NCBI GenBank assembly: GCA_016777965.1 | Contig: JADHQL010000001.1 | Coordinates: forward strand, 3,451 to 67,450 | DNA length: 64,000 bases | Direction: 5' to 3' | From: Fidelibacterota bacterium | GTDB lineage: Bacteria > Fidelibacterota > Marinisomatia > Marinisomatales > Marinisomataceae | Shown: piece after piece, positions 17,420 through 27,383 of the stretch | How positions within the stretch are numbered: the first letter of the stretch is position 1 | How the letters are laid out: each line of letters begins with the position of its first letter | The notes under the pieces: model-generated | Databases searched by the model: none | What the model saw: the letters and a program-made list of their open reading frames with translations, nothing else | Told to the model about the DNA's origin: nothing | Made by a program: the position numbers and the translations under genes

Positions 17420-19800
17420 TGAAAGTTTCATTGCACTGGCTTAGAAGGTTTGTTGATTTTGACTTGACAGCTACAGAGTTAGCTGAAAAACTTACTATGA
17501 GAGGATTTGAGTCTGAAGTTGTATCAGATTTTGATGCTTTAGAAAACTTAGTTGTTGGAGAAGTTTTAACAGCAGAAAAGCACCCTGATGCAGACAAGCT
17601 TAAGTTATGTTCTGTTTCAGATGGATCAGAAACTTTTAGCGTTGTTTGTGGAGCTCCAAATGTAGATGCTGGTCAAAAAATAGTTTTTGCAAAAGTTGGA
17701 GCTGTTCTTCCAGGCGATTTCAAAATAGGCAAATCTAAAATTAGAGGCGTAGAAAGTTTTGGAATGATTTGTTCGGAAAGAGAACTTGGAATTTCAGAAG
17801 AACATGACGGCATTATGGTATTAGATGAATCTCATAAGGCAGGAACACCTATTAAAGAAGTGTTAGGTCCATTATTTAATGCCATAGATATTGAAGTAAC
17901 TCCAGATAAAGCTTTTGCATTAAGTCATCGAGGCATAGCAAGGGAAGTAGCAACAATTGTTGGATCCAAACTAAAAGCTCCAATAAATAGCGTAAAATTA
18001 AACCCAAAGTCAAAAGACGTTATTTCAGTCGAATTAGATAAAAAAGGCGGTTGTACGCGCTATATTGCAGGTACAATAAAGGGAGTAAAGGTAGGACCTT
18101 CTCCGAAATGGCTTGCCGAATATTTGAAATCAGTTGGTCAGAAGAGCATCAATAACCTTGTTGATATATCTAATTTCATGCTTTTGGAAATCGGTCATCC
18201 CACTCATGTCTTTGATTTACAAAAATTAGCCAAACCTGCAATTAAGGTTTCTTGGGCAAAAAAGGGTGAAAAATTTGATGCTTTGGATGAAGAAACATAT
18301 GAATTAAGTGCTGATCATATGATTATTACGGATACAAAAAATACCGTTGCTTTAGCTGGTATTATCGGGGGAATAGATAGCTCTGTTACTGATTCCACCA
18401 CAGAAGTATTAATTGAGAGTGCATATTTTGACCCAGTTGTTATCAGAAAAGGGTCTAAAAAATTAAATTTATTATCTGAGGCATCTAGAAGATTTGAGAG
18501 AGGTACAGATCCAAATGCCGCTTTAGAGGCATTTAATATGATTGTCCAGTTAATGCAAGAAGTTGCTGGTGGTGCTTTAGAGTCTGTAATCACTGATGAA
18601 TGTTCAATGAGCCTAGATAATACTTCTATTGATTTATCATTTGAAAAACTGCTCAAATATGCTGGACAAGAAATTCCTTCAAAAGACATAGAATCTATAC
18701 TGAGAGGACTTCACATAGATGCTAAAAAAACTAAAACTGGCTTGAATTGTTCTATTCCTACATTTAGAACTGATTTAAAGGCGGAAACAGACCTTATTGA
18801 AGAGGTATTTAGATGTTATGGTTACAACAATATTAAGTCTTCTTTTAATTATTCTTCTATTATGCAATATGCAAACGATGAAGAATCTACTATTTCTTCC
18901 TTAAAACATCATTTATCCTCTTTAGGATTTCATCAATCTTACAATAACTCACTTGAAGATGTTGAAGAGGTGAAGCTGTTTGGAAAAGATGCTGTTAGTG
19001 TTATGAATCCCTCCTCAGAAAGAATGAATACTTTGCGAACAACTCTTCATTCAGGATTGTTGAAAAATTTAGATTATAATTATCGTAACGGATCAGCAAA
19101 TACCTTGATTTATGAATATGGAACAATTTTTGAAGGTAAAACAGATAAATTAAAGGACATAATTCAGAAAAGTAGTTTATCATGCTTAGTTCATGGTGAT
19201 GTATTTTCCAAAAATGTACATTTTGATTCAATACCTGCTTCTTTTGCATTCTTAAAAGGGGTGGCTTCCAATATTTTTGAAGATAAAAGACTTGGAATAA
19301 AAGTTGAGTACTCCGAACAGTCACATCATTATTGCAATCCGTATTTCTTAATTATTGACGGTAAAAAACAAGTTATTGGCGGTTTAGGTATCATTAAAGA
19401 TTCATTGCTAAAACAATTAGATATAGCTTATAAGCATGAAGTTGTAGTGCTAGATATAGATCCAGAGATTTTTACTGATTATGGTAGTTATAGCACTAAG
19501 GTAGAGGATATTGTATCCTTCCCAATCATGCAAAGAGACTTAAATTTTAAAATGGACAGCAGTATTCAAGTTGGTGATGTTGTTAAAACAATGAAATCAG
19601 TTAATCAGTCTATATTACAAAATGTAATTCCTGTAGATATTTATCAATCAAAAAATGATATGTCATCTAAGGATGTTTTATTTTCACTAAACTTTCAATC
19701 ACCTAAAAAAACACTTGAAGATAATGATGTAAATTCAATTATTACTGAAATTATAACTATTGTTGCTAAAAAATTTAATGCTAAATTAAGAGATAATTAG
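17419..19800 (+). CDS. pheT: Phenylalanine--tRNA ligase beta subunit
   Basis: 'HPDADKL', 'VCGAPN', 'SFGMICSERELG', 'EASRRFERG', FDX-ACB C-terminus. Confidence 0.97.
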   Translation: MKVSLHWLRRFVDFDLTATELAEKLTMRGFESEVVSDFDALENLVVGEVLTAEKHPDADKLKLCSVSDGSETFSVVCGAPNVDAGQKIVFAKVGAVLPGDFKIGKSKIRGVESFGMICSERELGISEEHDGIMVLDESHKAGTPIKEVLGPLFNAIDIEVTPDKAFALSHRGIAREVATIVGSKLKAPINSVKLNPKSKDVISVELDKKGGCTRYIAGTIKGVKVGPSPKWLAEYLKSVGQKSINNLVDISNFMLLEIGHPTHVFDLQKLAKPAIKVSWAKKGEKFDALDEETYELSADHMIITDTKNTVALAGIIGGIDSSVTDSTTEVLIESAYFDPVVIRKGSKKLNLLSEASRRFERGTDPNAALEAFNMIVQLMQEVAGGALESVITDECSMSLDNTSIDLSFEKLLKYAGQEIPSKDIESILRGLHIDAKKTKTGLNCSIPTFRTDLKAETDLIEEVFRCYGYNNIKSSFNYSSIMQYANDEESTISSLKHHLSSLGFHQSYNNSLEDVEEVKLFGKDAVSVMNPSSERMNTLRTTLHSGLLKNLDYNYRNGSANTLIYEYGTIFEGKTDKLKDIIQKSSLSCLVHGDVFSKNVHFDSIPASFAFLKGVASNIFEDKRLGIKVEYSEQSHHYCNPYFLIIDGKKQVIGGLGIIKDSLLKQLDIAYKHEVVVLDIDPEIFTDYGSYSTKVEDIVSFPIMQRDLNFKMDSSIQVGDVVKTMKSVNQSILQNVIPVDIYQSKNDMSSKDVLFSLNFQSPKKTLEDNDVNSIITEIITIVAKKFNAKLRDN

Positions 19801-19808
19801 AGGTTGAT

Positions 19809-20102
19809 ATGGAATCAAATAAAAAAATAGTAAACGTAAGAATATTTGGACAAGAGTACCCAATTAGAGCTTCTTCAAATGAGGATTATATTAAGGAAGT
19901 TGCAGCTTATGTAGATAAAAAAATGCATGAAGTTCAACAAGCAGTTCCATCTTCTATGAATGCATCAAAAATAGCAATTTTAGCTGCTATGAATATTTCT
20001 GATGAATTATTTGGTGCTCGTAGAGGTGAATACTCATTCAAAGGTGAAGTTGAGTCCAAAGTAAAATCATTGATCGAACGAATAGAAGAAATTACAGATT
20101 AG
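19809..20102 (+). CDS. zapA: Cell division protein ZapA
   Basis: 'VRIFGQEYPI...YIKEVAAYVDKKM...AILAAMNISDEL'; follows pheT. Confidence 0.92.
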   Translation: MESNKKIVNVRIFGQEYPIRASSNEDYIKEVAAYVDKKMHEVQQAVPSSMNASKIAILAAMNISDELFGARRGEYSFKGEVESKVKSLIERIEEITD

Positions 20103-20113
20103 GGGAGATCGTA

Positions 20114-20983
20114 ATGGAAACATCTATATTATCTGGTTTAGAAGCCAGCAAAGCTCTTTATTTAAGCCTTGAAAGTAGAATAAGTCACTTAAAAAATCAT
20201 GGAATTGTTCCTGGATTAGCTGCTGTATTAGTTGGCAATAATCCTGCATCTGAGATATACGTAAAGAATAAGACAAAAAAATTTGAAACTTTAGAACTGA
20301 AAACTGATGTATTTCGATTAGAACAAACAGTATCAGAAGACGAATTATTATCTTTAATAAGTCAGTTAAATACTGATTCTGAATTTCACGGTATTTTAGT
20401 ACAGTTGCCGCTACCAAAACATATAGACAGTGAAAAAGTCCTTAATGCGATTATCCCTACAAAAGATGTTGATGGCTTTCATCCTGAAAACGCTGGTTTA
20501 TTATCCATAGGTAAGCCTAGGTTTGTGCCATGTACTCCAAAAGGTATTATGTTTATATTAAAGCATTTTAATATTGATCTAAATGGTAAGCATGTAGTGG
20601 TTATTGGCAGAAGTAATATTGTTGGTAGACCCATTTCTATTTTAGCTAGCTTAAAAGAACTAGGGAATGCTACTGTAACGCTTTGTCATAGTGGAACAAA
20701 AGATTTAAAGTATTTCTCAAAACAAGCAGATGTGTTAGTTGCCGCTTTAGGATCTCCCAAGTTTGTAGATAGTTCTTACATCAAAGAAGGAGTGTGTTTA
20801 GTTGATGTTGGGATAAATAGAATTGAGATAGATGGAAAGTCAAAGATTGTTGGTGATGTCAATCAAGATAGTGTATCTGGTATAGCAAGTTCTTTAACAC
20901 CTGTTCCAAAAGGTGTTGGACCAATGACGATCGCTATGCTCGTAGAAAACACCGTATTGTCAGCCGAATTATTGTTAAATTAA
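20114..20983 (+). CDS. folD: Bifunctional methylene-THF dehydrogenase/cyclohydrolase
   Basis: 'YVKNK', 'GILVQLPLP', 'KDVDGFHP', 'PCTPKG', 'GRSNIVGRP', 'TPVPKGVGPMT'. Confidence 0.97.
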   Translation: METSILSGLEASKALYLSLESRISHLKNHGIVPGLAAVLVGNNPASEIYVKNKTKKFETLELKTDVFRLEQTVSEDELLSLISQLNTDSEFHGILVQLPLPKHIDSEKVLNAIIPTKDVDGFHPENAGLLSIGKPRFVPCTPKGIMFILKHFNIDLNGKHVVVIGRSNIVGRPISILASLKELGNATVTLCHSGTKDLKYFSKQADVLVAALGSPKFVDSSYIKEGVCLVDVGINRIEIDGKSKIVGDVNQDSVSGIASSLTPVPKGVGPMTIAMLVENTVLSAELLLN

Positions 20984-21004
20984 TTTTTATTAGCAGGAGA
21001 TATA

Positions 21005-22792
21005 ATGTATAAAAAATTACTATTTATAATTTTACCATTTTTGCTTTTTTCATGTTCTTCAAACGTGGATGAAGCAGAAGTTAAAAAGGCTCGACAATTC
21101 TTTGAATCAGTATTTCAGGATTCGGTACTGGATAGTCCAGAATTCCAAGCATCCTTAGGTTATAAGTCAAATTATGATAAATGGGATGATATTACTTGGC
21201 AGGCATCAAGACAGCAAGCTCATAGAGCGAAAGATGATTTGGATTATTTAACAAACAATATAGACTTTGAAAAGCTAGATGATCCCACCAAAATTAGCTA
21301 TCGCTTGATGGAAAAACGACTTCAAAGAACTATTGATAATGATAATTTCATATTTCATAACTATTTGATTACTCATCGAGGAGGAAAACACTCAAGCATT
21401 CCATCATTTTTGATTAATTATCATCGTATTGATGAGGAGCAAGATGTAAAGGACTATATTAGCCGCTTACGAAATGTTGAGCCTTTAATGGATGACTTAA
21501 TTGTTCAATTAAAGCTAAGACAAGATGTGAAAAAAATAGCTCCAGCATTCGTATTTCCGCAAGCGATCAAAACATCTGAGAATATTATTTCTGGATATCC
21601 GTTTGAAGAAACCAAAAAACAAAATGTTATCTATGAAGATTTTATGAAAAAATTAAATGCTTTAGAGATGTCTGATGCATTAAAATTAAGATATCAAAGC
21701 GAAATGGAAGCTGTATTGGTTACTATAGTGAACTATTCATATAGAAAGCTAATTACGTTTCTTGAAGAACAACAAAAATTAGCAGATAATAATCATGGAG
21801 TTTGGAAGTTTGAAGACGGAGATGAGTATTATCAGCATACGCTCGACGGATATACAACCTTAGGGTTGACCGCTGAAGAAATTCATGAGATTGGCTTAAG
21901 TGAAGTTGAGAGAATTCATGGAGAAATCTATGAAATCATGGAACAGGTGAACTTTGATGGCACTTTAAAAGAATTCTTTGATTTTATGAGAGAGGATGAT
22001 CAGTTTTATTACCCTGAAGGACCTGAAGGTAGACAAATGTACTTAGATCAGGTTCAGGTGGTAGTAGATACGCTGTCTAATCGTATAGAAGAACTATTTT
22101 ATGGGTTACCATCTATTCCGCTTCAAGTTAAGCCTGTAGAGGCTTATAGAGAAGCTTCAGCAGGTATTGCATTCTATCAGCGTGGTCAAGCGGATGGAAG
22201 CAGACCTGGAACGTATTATGCAAATTTGTATAGAATGAGAGATATGCCGATATATAAGCTTGAAAATTTAGCCTATCATGAAGCAATCCCAGGACATCAT
22301 ATGCAAATTTCTATACAGCTAGAAGTCGAAGATATGCCAAGTTTTAGAAAGTATGGTGGCTACAGCGTTTTTTCAGAGGGTTGGGCATTATATTCAGAAA
22401 CTCTTCCAAAAGAAATAGGTTTATATAAAGACCCTTATTCTGATTTTGGAAGGTTATCTGGAGAGCTTTGGAGAGCATGTAGATTAGTAGTTGATACTGG
22501 TGTTCATCATTACAAATGGACCAGAGAAGAAGGTATTGACTATTATATGAACAATACTGCAAATCCAGAAGGAGATTGCATAGGGATGGTTGAGCGACAT
22601 ATTGTATGGCCCGGACAGGCTGTTTCATATAAGATTGGTATGATAAAAGTTCAAGAATTACGCGCCTATGCAGAACAAAAATTAGGAGATAAATTCTCTT
22701 TACAAGGGTTTCATGATGTGGTACTAAGAAATGGTAGCGTAACCATGGATATTTTAGAAGATATCGTTTACAGTTGGGTAGATAGCCAATAA
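21005..22792 (+). CDS. DUF885-family lipoprotein (HEXXXH-type putative metallopeptidase)
   Basis: Lipobox LFSC; 'YHEAIPGHH', 'EGWALYSE', 'WRACRLVVDTG', 'WPGQAVSYKIG', 'FHDVVL'. Confidence 0.9.
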   Translation: MYKKLLFIILPFLLFSCSSNVDEAEVKKARQFFESVFQDSVLDSPEFQASLGYKSNYDKWDDITWQASRQQAHRAKDDLDYLTNNIDFEKLDDPTKISYRLMEKRLQRTIDNDNFIFHNYLITHRGGKHSSIPSFLINYHRIDEEQDVKDYISRLRNVEPLMDDLIVQLKLRQDVKKIAPAFVFPQAIKTSENIISGYPFEETKKQNVIYEDFMKKLNALEMSDALKLRYQSEMEAVLVTIVNYSYRKLITFLEEQQKLADNNHGVWKFEDGDEYYQHTLDGYTTLGLTAEEIHEIGLSEVERIHGEIYEIMEQVNFDGTLKEFFDFMREDDQFYYPEGPEGRQMYLDQVQVVVDTLSNRIEELFYGLPSIPLQVKPVEAYREASAGIAFYQRGQADGSRPGTYYANLYRMRDMPIYKLENLAYHEAIPGHHMQISIQLEVEDMPSFRKYGGYSVFSEGWALYSETLPKEIGLYKDPYSDFGRLSGELWRACRLVVDTGVHHYKWTREEGIDYYMNNTANPEGDCIGMVERHIVWPGQAVSYKIGMIKVQELRAYAEQKLGDKFSLQGFHDVVLRNGSVTMDILEDIVYSWVDSQ

Positions 22793-23103
22793 TGATCATA
22801 ATTAAGACCAGCACTGATAGTCATAAGGTAATGAAAGTTATTGCCAATGCACTGCTAAATAATAAACTTGCTGCATGTGTAAATATGATTCCCCGTATGA
22901 GATCTAAGTATGTTATGGATGGAAGAATTGTTGAGGCAAGAGAGGTAATTTTATTAATAAAAACAACTGCAAAATTGGAAGATAAAGTTTATCAAATCAT
23001 CAAAGAACATCATAATTATGAAATACCTGAAATTTCAACGATTCAAACTTCTAATGTTGATAAAGATTATGAACAATGGCTTAAGGACTTTGTTGTAGAG
23101 TAG
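22792..23103 (+). CDS. cutA: Divalent-cation tolerance protein CutA
   Basis: 'LLNNKLAACVN', 'LIKTT', 'HHNYEIPEI', 'YEQWL'. Confidence 0.92.
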   Translation: MIIIKTSTDSHKVMKVIANALLNNKLAACVNMIPRMRSKYVMDGRIVEAREVILLIKTTAKLEDKVYQIIKEHHNYEIPEISTIQTSNVDKDYEQWLKDFVVE

Positions 23104-23105
23104 GT

Positions 23106-23231
23106 ATGAAATTAGAAGAATTATCTGAAGCTACTATTTTAAAAACTGTTATTTTAATATTATTGTTAATTATGATTATTACTGCAATCGTAGTAATAGC
23201 TATTAAATATCCTGAAATAGGTATCCAGTGA
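23106..23231 (+). CDS. Small single-TM protein, 41 aa (MKLEELSEATILKTVILILLLIMIITAIVVIAIKYPEIGIQ)
   Basis: Fills the cutA-nitroreductase gap; AG-rich (AGAGTAGG) upstream; GTGA stop/start overlap with next gene; below ORF-track cutoff. Confidence 0.65.
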   Translation: MKLEELSEATILKTVILILLLIMIITAIVVIAIKYPEIGIQ

Positions 23232-23869
23232 GCTTAATCGACAGTTTAAATTGGAGATATGCTACTACCAAATTTGATTCATCAAAGTCTATTTCAGAGC
23301 ATGATATTGAAAAATTAAAAGAAATTGTGAAACTGTCACCATCATCTTGGGGGTTTCAGTTTTATAAAATTTTGGTGATTACTGATTCAGAGTTAAAGCA
23401 AAAATTATTACCTGCAGCATACAATCAAAATCAAATCATTGACTGCTCTCATCTGTTTGTGTTTTGTAGTTATAGTAGCGTATTTGAGGAAGATATTGAT
23501 CAAATGATAGCAGAGTTCCATAGGTTGAGAGCTAATGATGATGATTATAACAAAGAAAGTACCGATAATTATGGCGCTGGTGCTAAAAAAAGTATTTTAA
23601 ATATGGAGCCTAATCGTCAAGCAGAATGGCTTAAAAAACAGTGCTACATTGCATTAGGTCAACTCATGGTTGGTTGCGCAGATATGCGTATAGATTCTTG
23701 TCCAATGGAAGGGTTTAAATCTGATAAAGTAGATGAGATTTTAGATTTAAAATCACAAAATTTAACATCTGTAGTATTATTACCCATGGGATATCGTACT
23801 TCTGATGACAAGTATCAGCATAAAACTAAAGTGCGAAAATCAAGCAATCTTTTGTTCGAAGAAAGATAA
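23228..23869 (+). CDS. NAD(P)H-dependent nitroreductase (NfsB-like)
   Basis: 'LNWRYATTKFD', 'LSPSSWGFQ', 'YIALG', 'DSCPMEGF', 'KVRK'. Confidence 0.92.
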   Translation: MSLIDSLNWRYATTKFDSSKSISEHDIEKLKEIVKLSPSSWGFQFYKILVITDSELKQKLLPAAYNQNQIIDCSHLFVFCSYSSVFEEDIDQMIAEFHRLRANDDDYNKESTDNYGAGAKKSILNMEPNRQAEWLKKQCYIALGQLMVGCADMRIDSCPMEGFKSDKVDEILDLKSQNLTSVVLLPMGYRTSDDKYQHKTKVRKSSNLLFEER

Positions 23870-23954
23870 TTTTCTTCATATAAAATTTCTATTTACAATA
23901 TCAATTTTTTGGATGATATTCCTTCGATTCTTTAATCAAAGAAAGGAATATAGA

Positions 23955-24848
23955 ATGAAAGGCTGGCTACTATCTACTTCAGAACAACCATCATACGAAA
24001 CCAACAAAATTGTTAAAGAGTTTGAAAAAGCAGGAATTGAATGTTTTATTGTGGATCCTAGACTAATTGATATATATGTTACCAGAGAAGATAGAAAATC
24101 TATCCAAGTTGGTAACGAATATACGATACTGCCAAACTTTGTTATTCCAAGGATGGGAAGTAAAATTACCTCTTATTCAACTGCGGTACTTAGACATTTA
24201 GAAAAATTAGGTGTTCTCCTTATAAACAGCTCTGAAGCAATATATAAAGCAAAAGATAAGCTGTATACAATGCAGATATTAGCTCAAGAAAATATTCCAA
24301 CTCCAAGAACAATGTTAACGAAGCATCCAGTCAATCTTGATTTTATTAAAAAAAGAATTGGATTTCCTGTTGTGGTAAAAACTTTAAGTGGAATGCATGG
24401 AAAAGGAGTCTATTTGGCTGAAAAACCATCCAATCTTGAACAGTTGGTTGATGTAGTAATGGAAGTTGACCACAAAACTAACTTGCTGATTCAAGAGTTT
24501 ATTAGTCATAAAGCAGGAACAGATATCAGAATTTTTTTGGTTGGAGGTAAAATTGTAGGTGCATTTATGCGTCAATCCAAAGATGGAGATTTTAGAGCAA
24601 ATATTACAAGAGGTGGACTTCCAAAACCTATAGAGCTTGATAGCGATGCGGAGTTTTTAGCGATTCAATGTGCTAATATATTAAAACTGGACATTGCAGG
24701 GGTGGACTTATTAATTGACAAAGAAGGGTATAGAATTTGCGAAGTAAATTCTGCTCCAGGTTTTGAAGGGCTTGAAAAAGCGTGTAAATCAAATATTGCA
24801 CTTGAAATTGTTCAATTTGTACAGCAAAAACTAAGTTTAGCTATATAA
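23955..24848 (+). CDS. RimK-family ATP-grasp alpha-L-glutamate ligase
   Basis: AAGGA RBS before ATG 23955; 'VIPRMG', 'KDKL', 'PVVVKTLSGMHGKGV', 'QEFI', 'DFRANI', 'AGVDLL', 'EVNSAPG'. Confidence 0.9.
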   Translation: MKGWLLSTSEQPSYETNKIVKEFEKAGIECFIVDPRLIDIYVTREDRKSIQVGNEYTILPNFVIPRMGSKITSYSTAVLRHLEKLGVLLINSSEAIYKAKDKLYTMQILAQENIPTPRTMLTKHPVNLDFIKKRIGFPVVVKTLSGMHGKGVYLAEKPSNLEQLVDVVMEVDHKTNLLIQEFISHKAGTDIRIFLVGGKIVGAFMRQSKDGDFRANITRGGLPKPIELDSDAEFLAIQCANILKLDIAGVDLLIDKEGYRICEVNSAPGFEGLEKACKSNIALEIVQFVQQKLSLAI

Positions 24849-24877
24849 TCATAGCTTAAATGTGCTATATTTGATTC

Positions 24878-26035
24878 ATGGAAACTTTTTTTATAATACT
24901 ATTCATCATTGTATTCTCAGTAGCATTAGGAATGATTGCATATACTCTTTACGGAATGTCCAAAAAAATGCCTACCTCTGCTTCAGAAGATAAAGAAGAT
25001 TTATTAAACGAAAGAGCTAGCACTATTGCAGTAGATGCAGCAAAAAAAGCGTTAGATGAGGTTTTAAAGCAAAATGCAGAACTTCAAAAAAAGGATTGGG
25101 ATGGATACAAAAAAGACTTAGATCTCACCTTAACACCAGTAAAAAAATCCTTAGAAGATTTGCAAAAAAACATTTCTGAAGTAGAAAAAGACCGTATTGA
25201 AGACAAGGGAAAGCTGGATGAAAAATTAAAAGATTTAATCGGTACCACAGCAAGTTTAAGTAGGGCGCTTACTTCAAGCTCTGATACAGGTGATTTAGGA
25301 GAAACAATTTTAAGAAATTTAGTTGAAAAAGCGGGGATGATTAAGTATATCGATTTTGTAGAGCAAACCTCTACGGGAAATAGAAGCATTCCTGATATGG
25401 TAATTAACTTACCTGGTGGCGGTAAAATTCCAATTGATTCTAAGTTATCTTTAGAAGCGTTTGATCAAGCGATGAATACAGTAGATAAGTCCCAGAGAAA
25501 AGCATTAGAAGAAAAACATGCAAATAATTGTAGAACCTTGATGCGCAACCTATCCAAACAAGAATACCATAAACAATTTGATGGGCCTATAGAATTTGTA
25601 GTAATGTTTATCGGAAGTGAGCCAGCATATCAAATGGCTTTAAAGCACGACGGAAAACTCTTCCTTGATGGTGCAGATAGAAAAGTATTTGTTGTATCTC
25701 CATTATCACTTTTACCGTTGCTAAGTTTAGTATCAGAAGCATGGAGACAATTCCAATTAAGTACCAATGCGAATCAAGCAATTCAAATTGCCAAAGATTT
25801 AACAGATCGTTTAAAAATTTATGAGGATAAATATCAGGCAGTGGGAAGTAAAATTTTAGCGCTAGGTAAAGCGTATAATTCTTCGGTATCATCCTATAAT
25901 GCTAGATTGAAACCATCTGTGAGAAATCTTCAAAAATTACAAGGGCAGCCTCAGGACTTAATGGATATGGAAAACGTTCCTGTAGATGTGACTCCGGTTA
26001 TTGAATCTTTAGAAGCAAATAACGAAGAAGAATAA
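24878..26035 (+). CDS. rmuC: DNA recombination protein RmuC
   Basis: N-terminal TM and coiled coil; 'GDLGETIL', 'PDMVINLPGG..IPIDSK', 'EFVVMFI..E'. Confidence 0.88.
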   Translation: METFFIILFIIVFSVALGMIAYTLYGMSKKMPTSASEDKEDLLNERASTIAVDAAKKALDEVLKQNAELQKKDWDGYKKDLDLTLTPVKKSLEDLQKNISEVEKDRIEDKGKLDEKLKDLIGTTASLSRALTSSSDTGDLGETILRNLVEKAGMIKYIDFVEQTSTGNRSIPDMVINLPGGGKIPIDSKLSLEAFDQAMNTVDKSQRKALEEKHANNCRTLMRNLSKQEYHKQFDGPIEFVVMFIGSEPAYQMALKHDGKLFLDGADRKVFVVSPLSLLPLLSLVSEAWRQFQLSTNANQAIQIAKDLTDRLKIYEDKYQAVGSKILALGKAYNSSVSSYNARLKPSVRNLQKLQGQPQDLMDMENVPVDVTPVIESLEANNEEE

Positions 26036-26625
26036 TGCCACTAGTTACACCTTTATCCAACATCGAAGATAAAGAAACTCAAGACTTAGTAACTTTTTTT
26101 AATGAGACCTTAGGATTTTGTCCAAATTCTGTTCTTACTATGCAAAAAAAGCCTCACTTAGCCAAGGCGTTTGTTAATCTAAATAAAGCTGTAATGGATA
26201 ATGCTGGTTCCATTTCAAGCGAATTTAAGCGTATTATAGCCTATATTAGTAGCAACACAGTTGGCTGCAGATATTGTCAAGCACATACGATTAGAGCTGC
26301 TGAGCGATATGGTGGAGAAAAAAAGCGTTTAGAGCAGGCTTGGGACTTTGAAAACAGTACGTTATTTACTGAAGCTGAGAAGGTTGCATTACGATTCACA
26401 ATCGCTGCAAGCTCAGTGCCAGTAAGTACATCCCAAGAATTAGAAGAGTTATTACAACATCATTGGGATGAAACAGATATTTTAGAAATTATGAGCGTCA
26501 TCGCTTTATTTGGATATTTAAATAGATGGAATGATGTAATGGGTACCAGCCTGGAAAAGGATGCAAAAGAATCTGCTGAAAACTTATTGCAAGATCAATG
26601 GGACATCGGAAAACATGCTACTTAA
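26035..26625 (+). CDS. Carboxymuconolactone decarboxylase/AhpD-like peroxidase-related protein
   Basis: 'LGFCPNS', 'GCRYCQAH' CxxC-H, 'ALFGYLNRWND'. Confidence 0.88.
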   Translation: MPLVTPLSNIEDKETQDLVTFFNETLGFCPNSVLTMQKKPHLAKAFVNLNKAVMDNAGSISSEFKRIIAYISSNTVGCRYCQAHTIRAAERYGGEKKRLEQAWDFENSTLFTEAEKVALRFTIAASSVPVSTSQELEELLQHHWDETDILEIMSVIALFGYLNRWNDVMGTSLEKDAKESAENLLQDQWDIGKHAT

Positions 26626-26956
26626 TGTAGTCTAAAGCCCAATCATTTAACATATCAAACACCGGAACCAATGTTTTACCTTTTTTTGTCAATGAATATT
26701 CAACTCTAGGCGGTATTTCAGCATAGATTTTACGTGTAATAATATCATTTTTTTCAAGATCTCTTAATTCCCTAGTTAACATATTTTTACTAATTCCGTC
26801 AATGCTACGCTGAAGCACACCAAAACGATTAATATTTTGTGCTATTCTCATAATAATAATGGGTCTCCATTTTCCACCAATCGTCTTCATAGAATAAGTG
26901 ATAGGACAGGAGTCTACCGTGCATCCGCATATATCTTCAAAACATTGTTGTTTCAT
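26618..26956 (-). CDS. HxlR/DUF24-family winged-helix transcriptional regulator with Cys-rich N-terminus
   Basis: 'CPI...IGGKWR', 'ISKNMLTRELRDLE', 'YAEIPPRVEYSLT..G'. Confidence 0.93.
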   Translation of the reverse strand: MKQQCFEDICGCTVDSCPITYSMKTIGGKWRPIIIMRIAQNINRFGVLQRSIDGISKNMLTRELRDLEKNDIITRKIYAEIPPRVEYSLTKKGKTLVPVFDMLNDWALDYIK

Positions 26957-26960
26957 TATA

Positions 26961-27003
26961 ATAGTCCTTTTTTTGTTACTATATTAAAAAATAGTGCCTA
27001 CTT
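26961..27003. promoter_or_regulatory. Candidate HxlR operator (alternating half-sites ATAGT-N12-ACTAT-N8-ATAGT...CCTACTT)
   Basis: Inverted half-sites at 26961-65, 26978-82 and 26991-95 in the divergent hxlR/CDGSH intergenic region. Confidence 0.45.
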
Positions 27004-27060
27004 GTAAAATTTAATATTACTTAATAATTTTTCATATCATTTTTTTGAAAGGATAACAAA

Positions 27061-27366
27061 ATGAAAAAACAACCATATATAGTAACACTCGAAAAAGGGA
27101 AGAATTATGCTTGGTGTGAATGTGCTGAATCTCAGACACAACCGTTTTGTGATGGAAGTCACACCAAAGTAAACAAACGAAATGAAAACTTAGTTGAGAA
27201 TCTCAAAGAAATAAGCTTAATCACAGAAGAATCACAAAAACTAGTCGAAACAGATATCAAAAAACCGGTTGTGTTTAGCGCTGAAAAAGATGAAGAAGTA
27301 GGCTTATGCGGTTGTAAAGAATCAAATAACGCTCCCTATTGCAGCGGAGTGCACGTGAATATTTAA
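27061..27366 (+). CDS. CDGSH iron-sulfur domain protein (two motifs, MiNT-like), copy 1
   Basis: 'WCECAESQTQPFCDGSH' and 'LCGCKESNNAPYCSGVH'; AAAGGA RBS. Confidence 0.92.
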   Translation: MKKQPYIVTLEKGKNYAWCECAESQTQPFCDGSHTKVNKRNENLVENLKEISLITEESQKLVETDIKKPVVFSAEKDEEVGLCGCKESNNAPYCSGVHVNI

Positions 27367-27383
27367 AAAGAAAGGAAGATAAA

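Noticed and set aside
20103-20113. 6S RNA (or rny) expected after zapA
   Set aside because: Only 11 bp separate zapA from folD; there is no room for either
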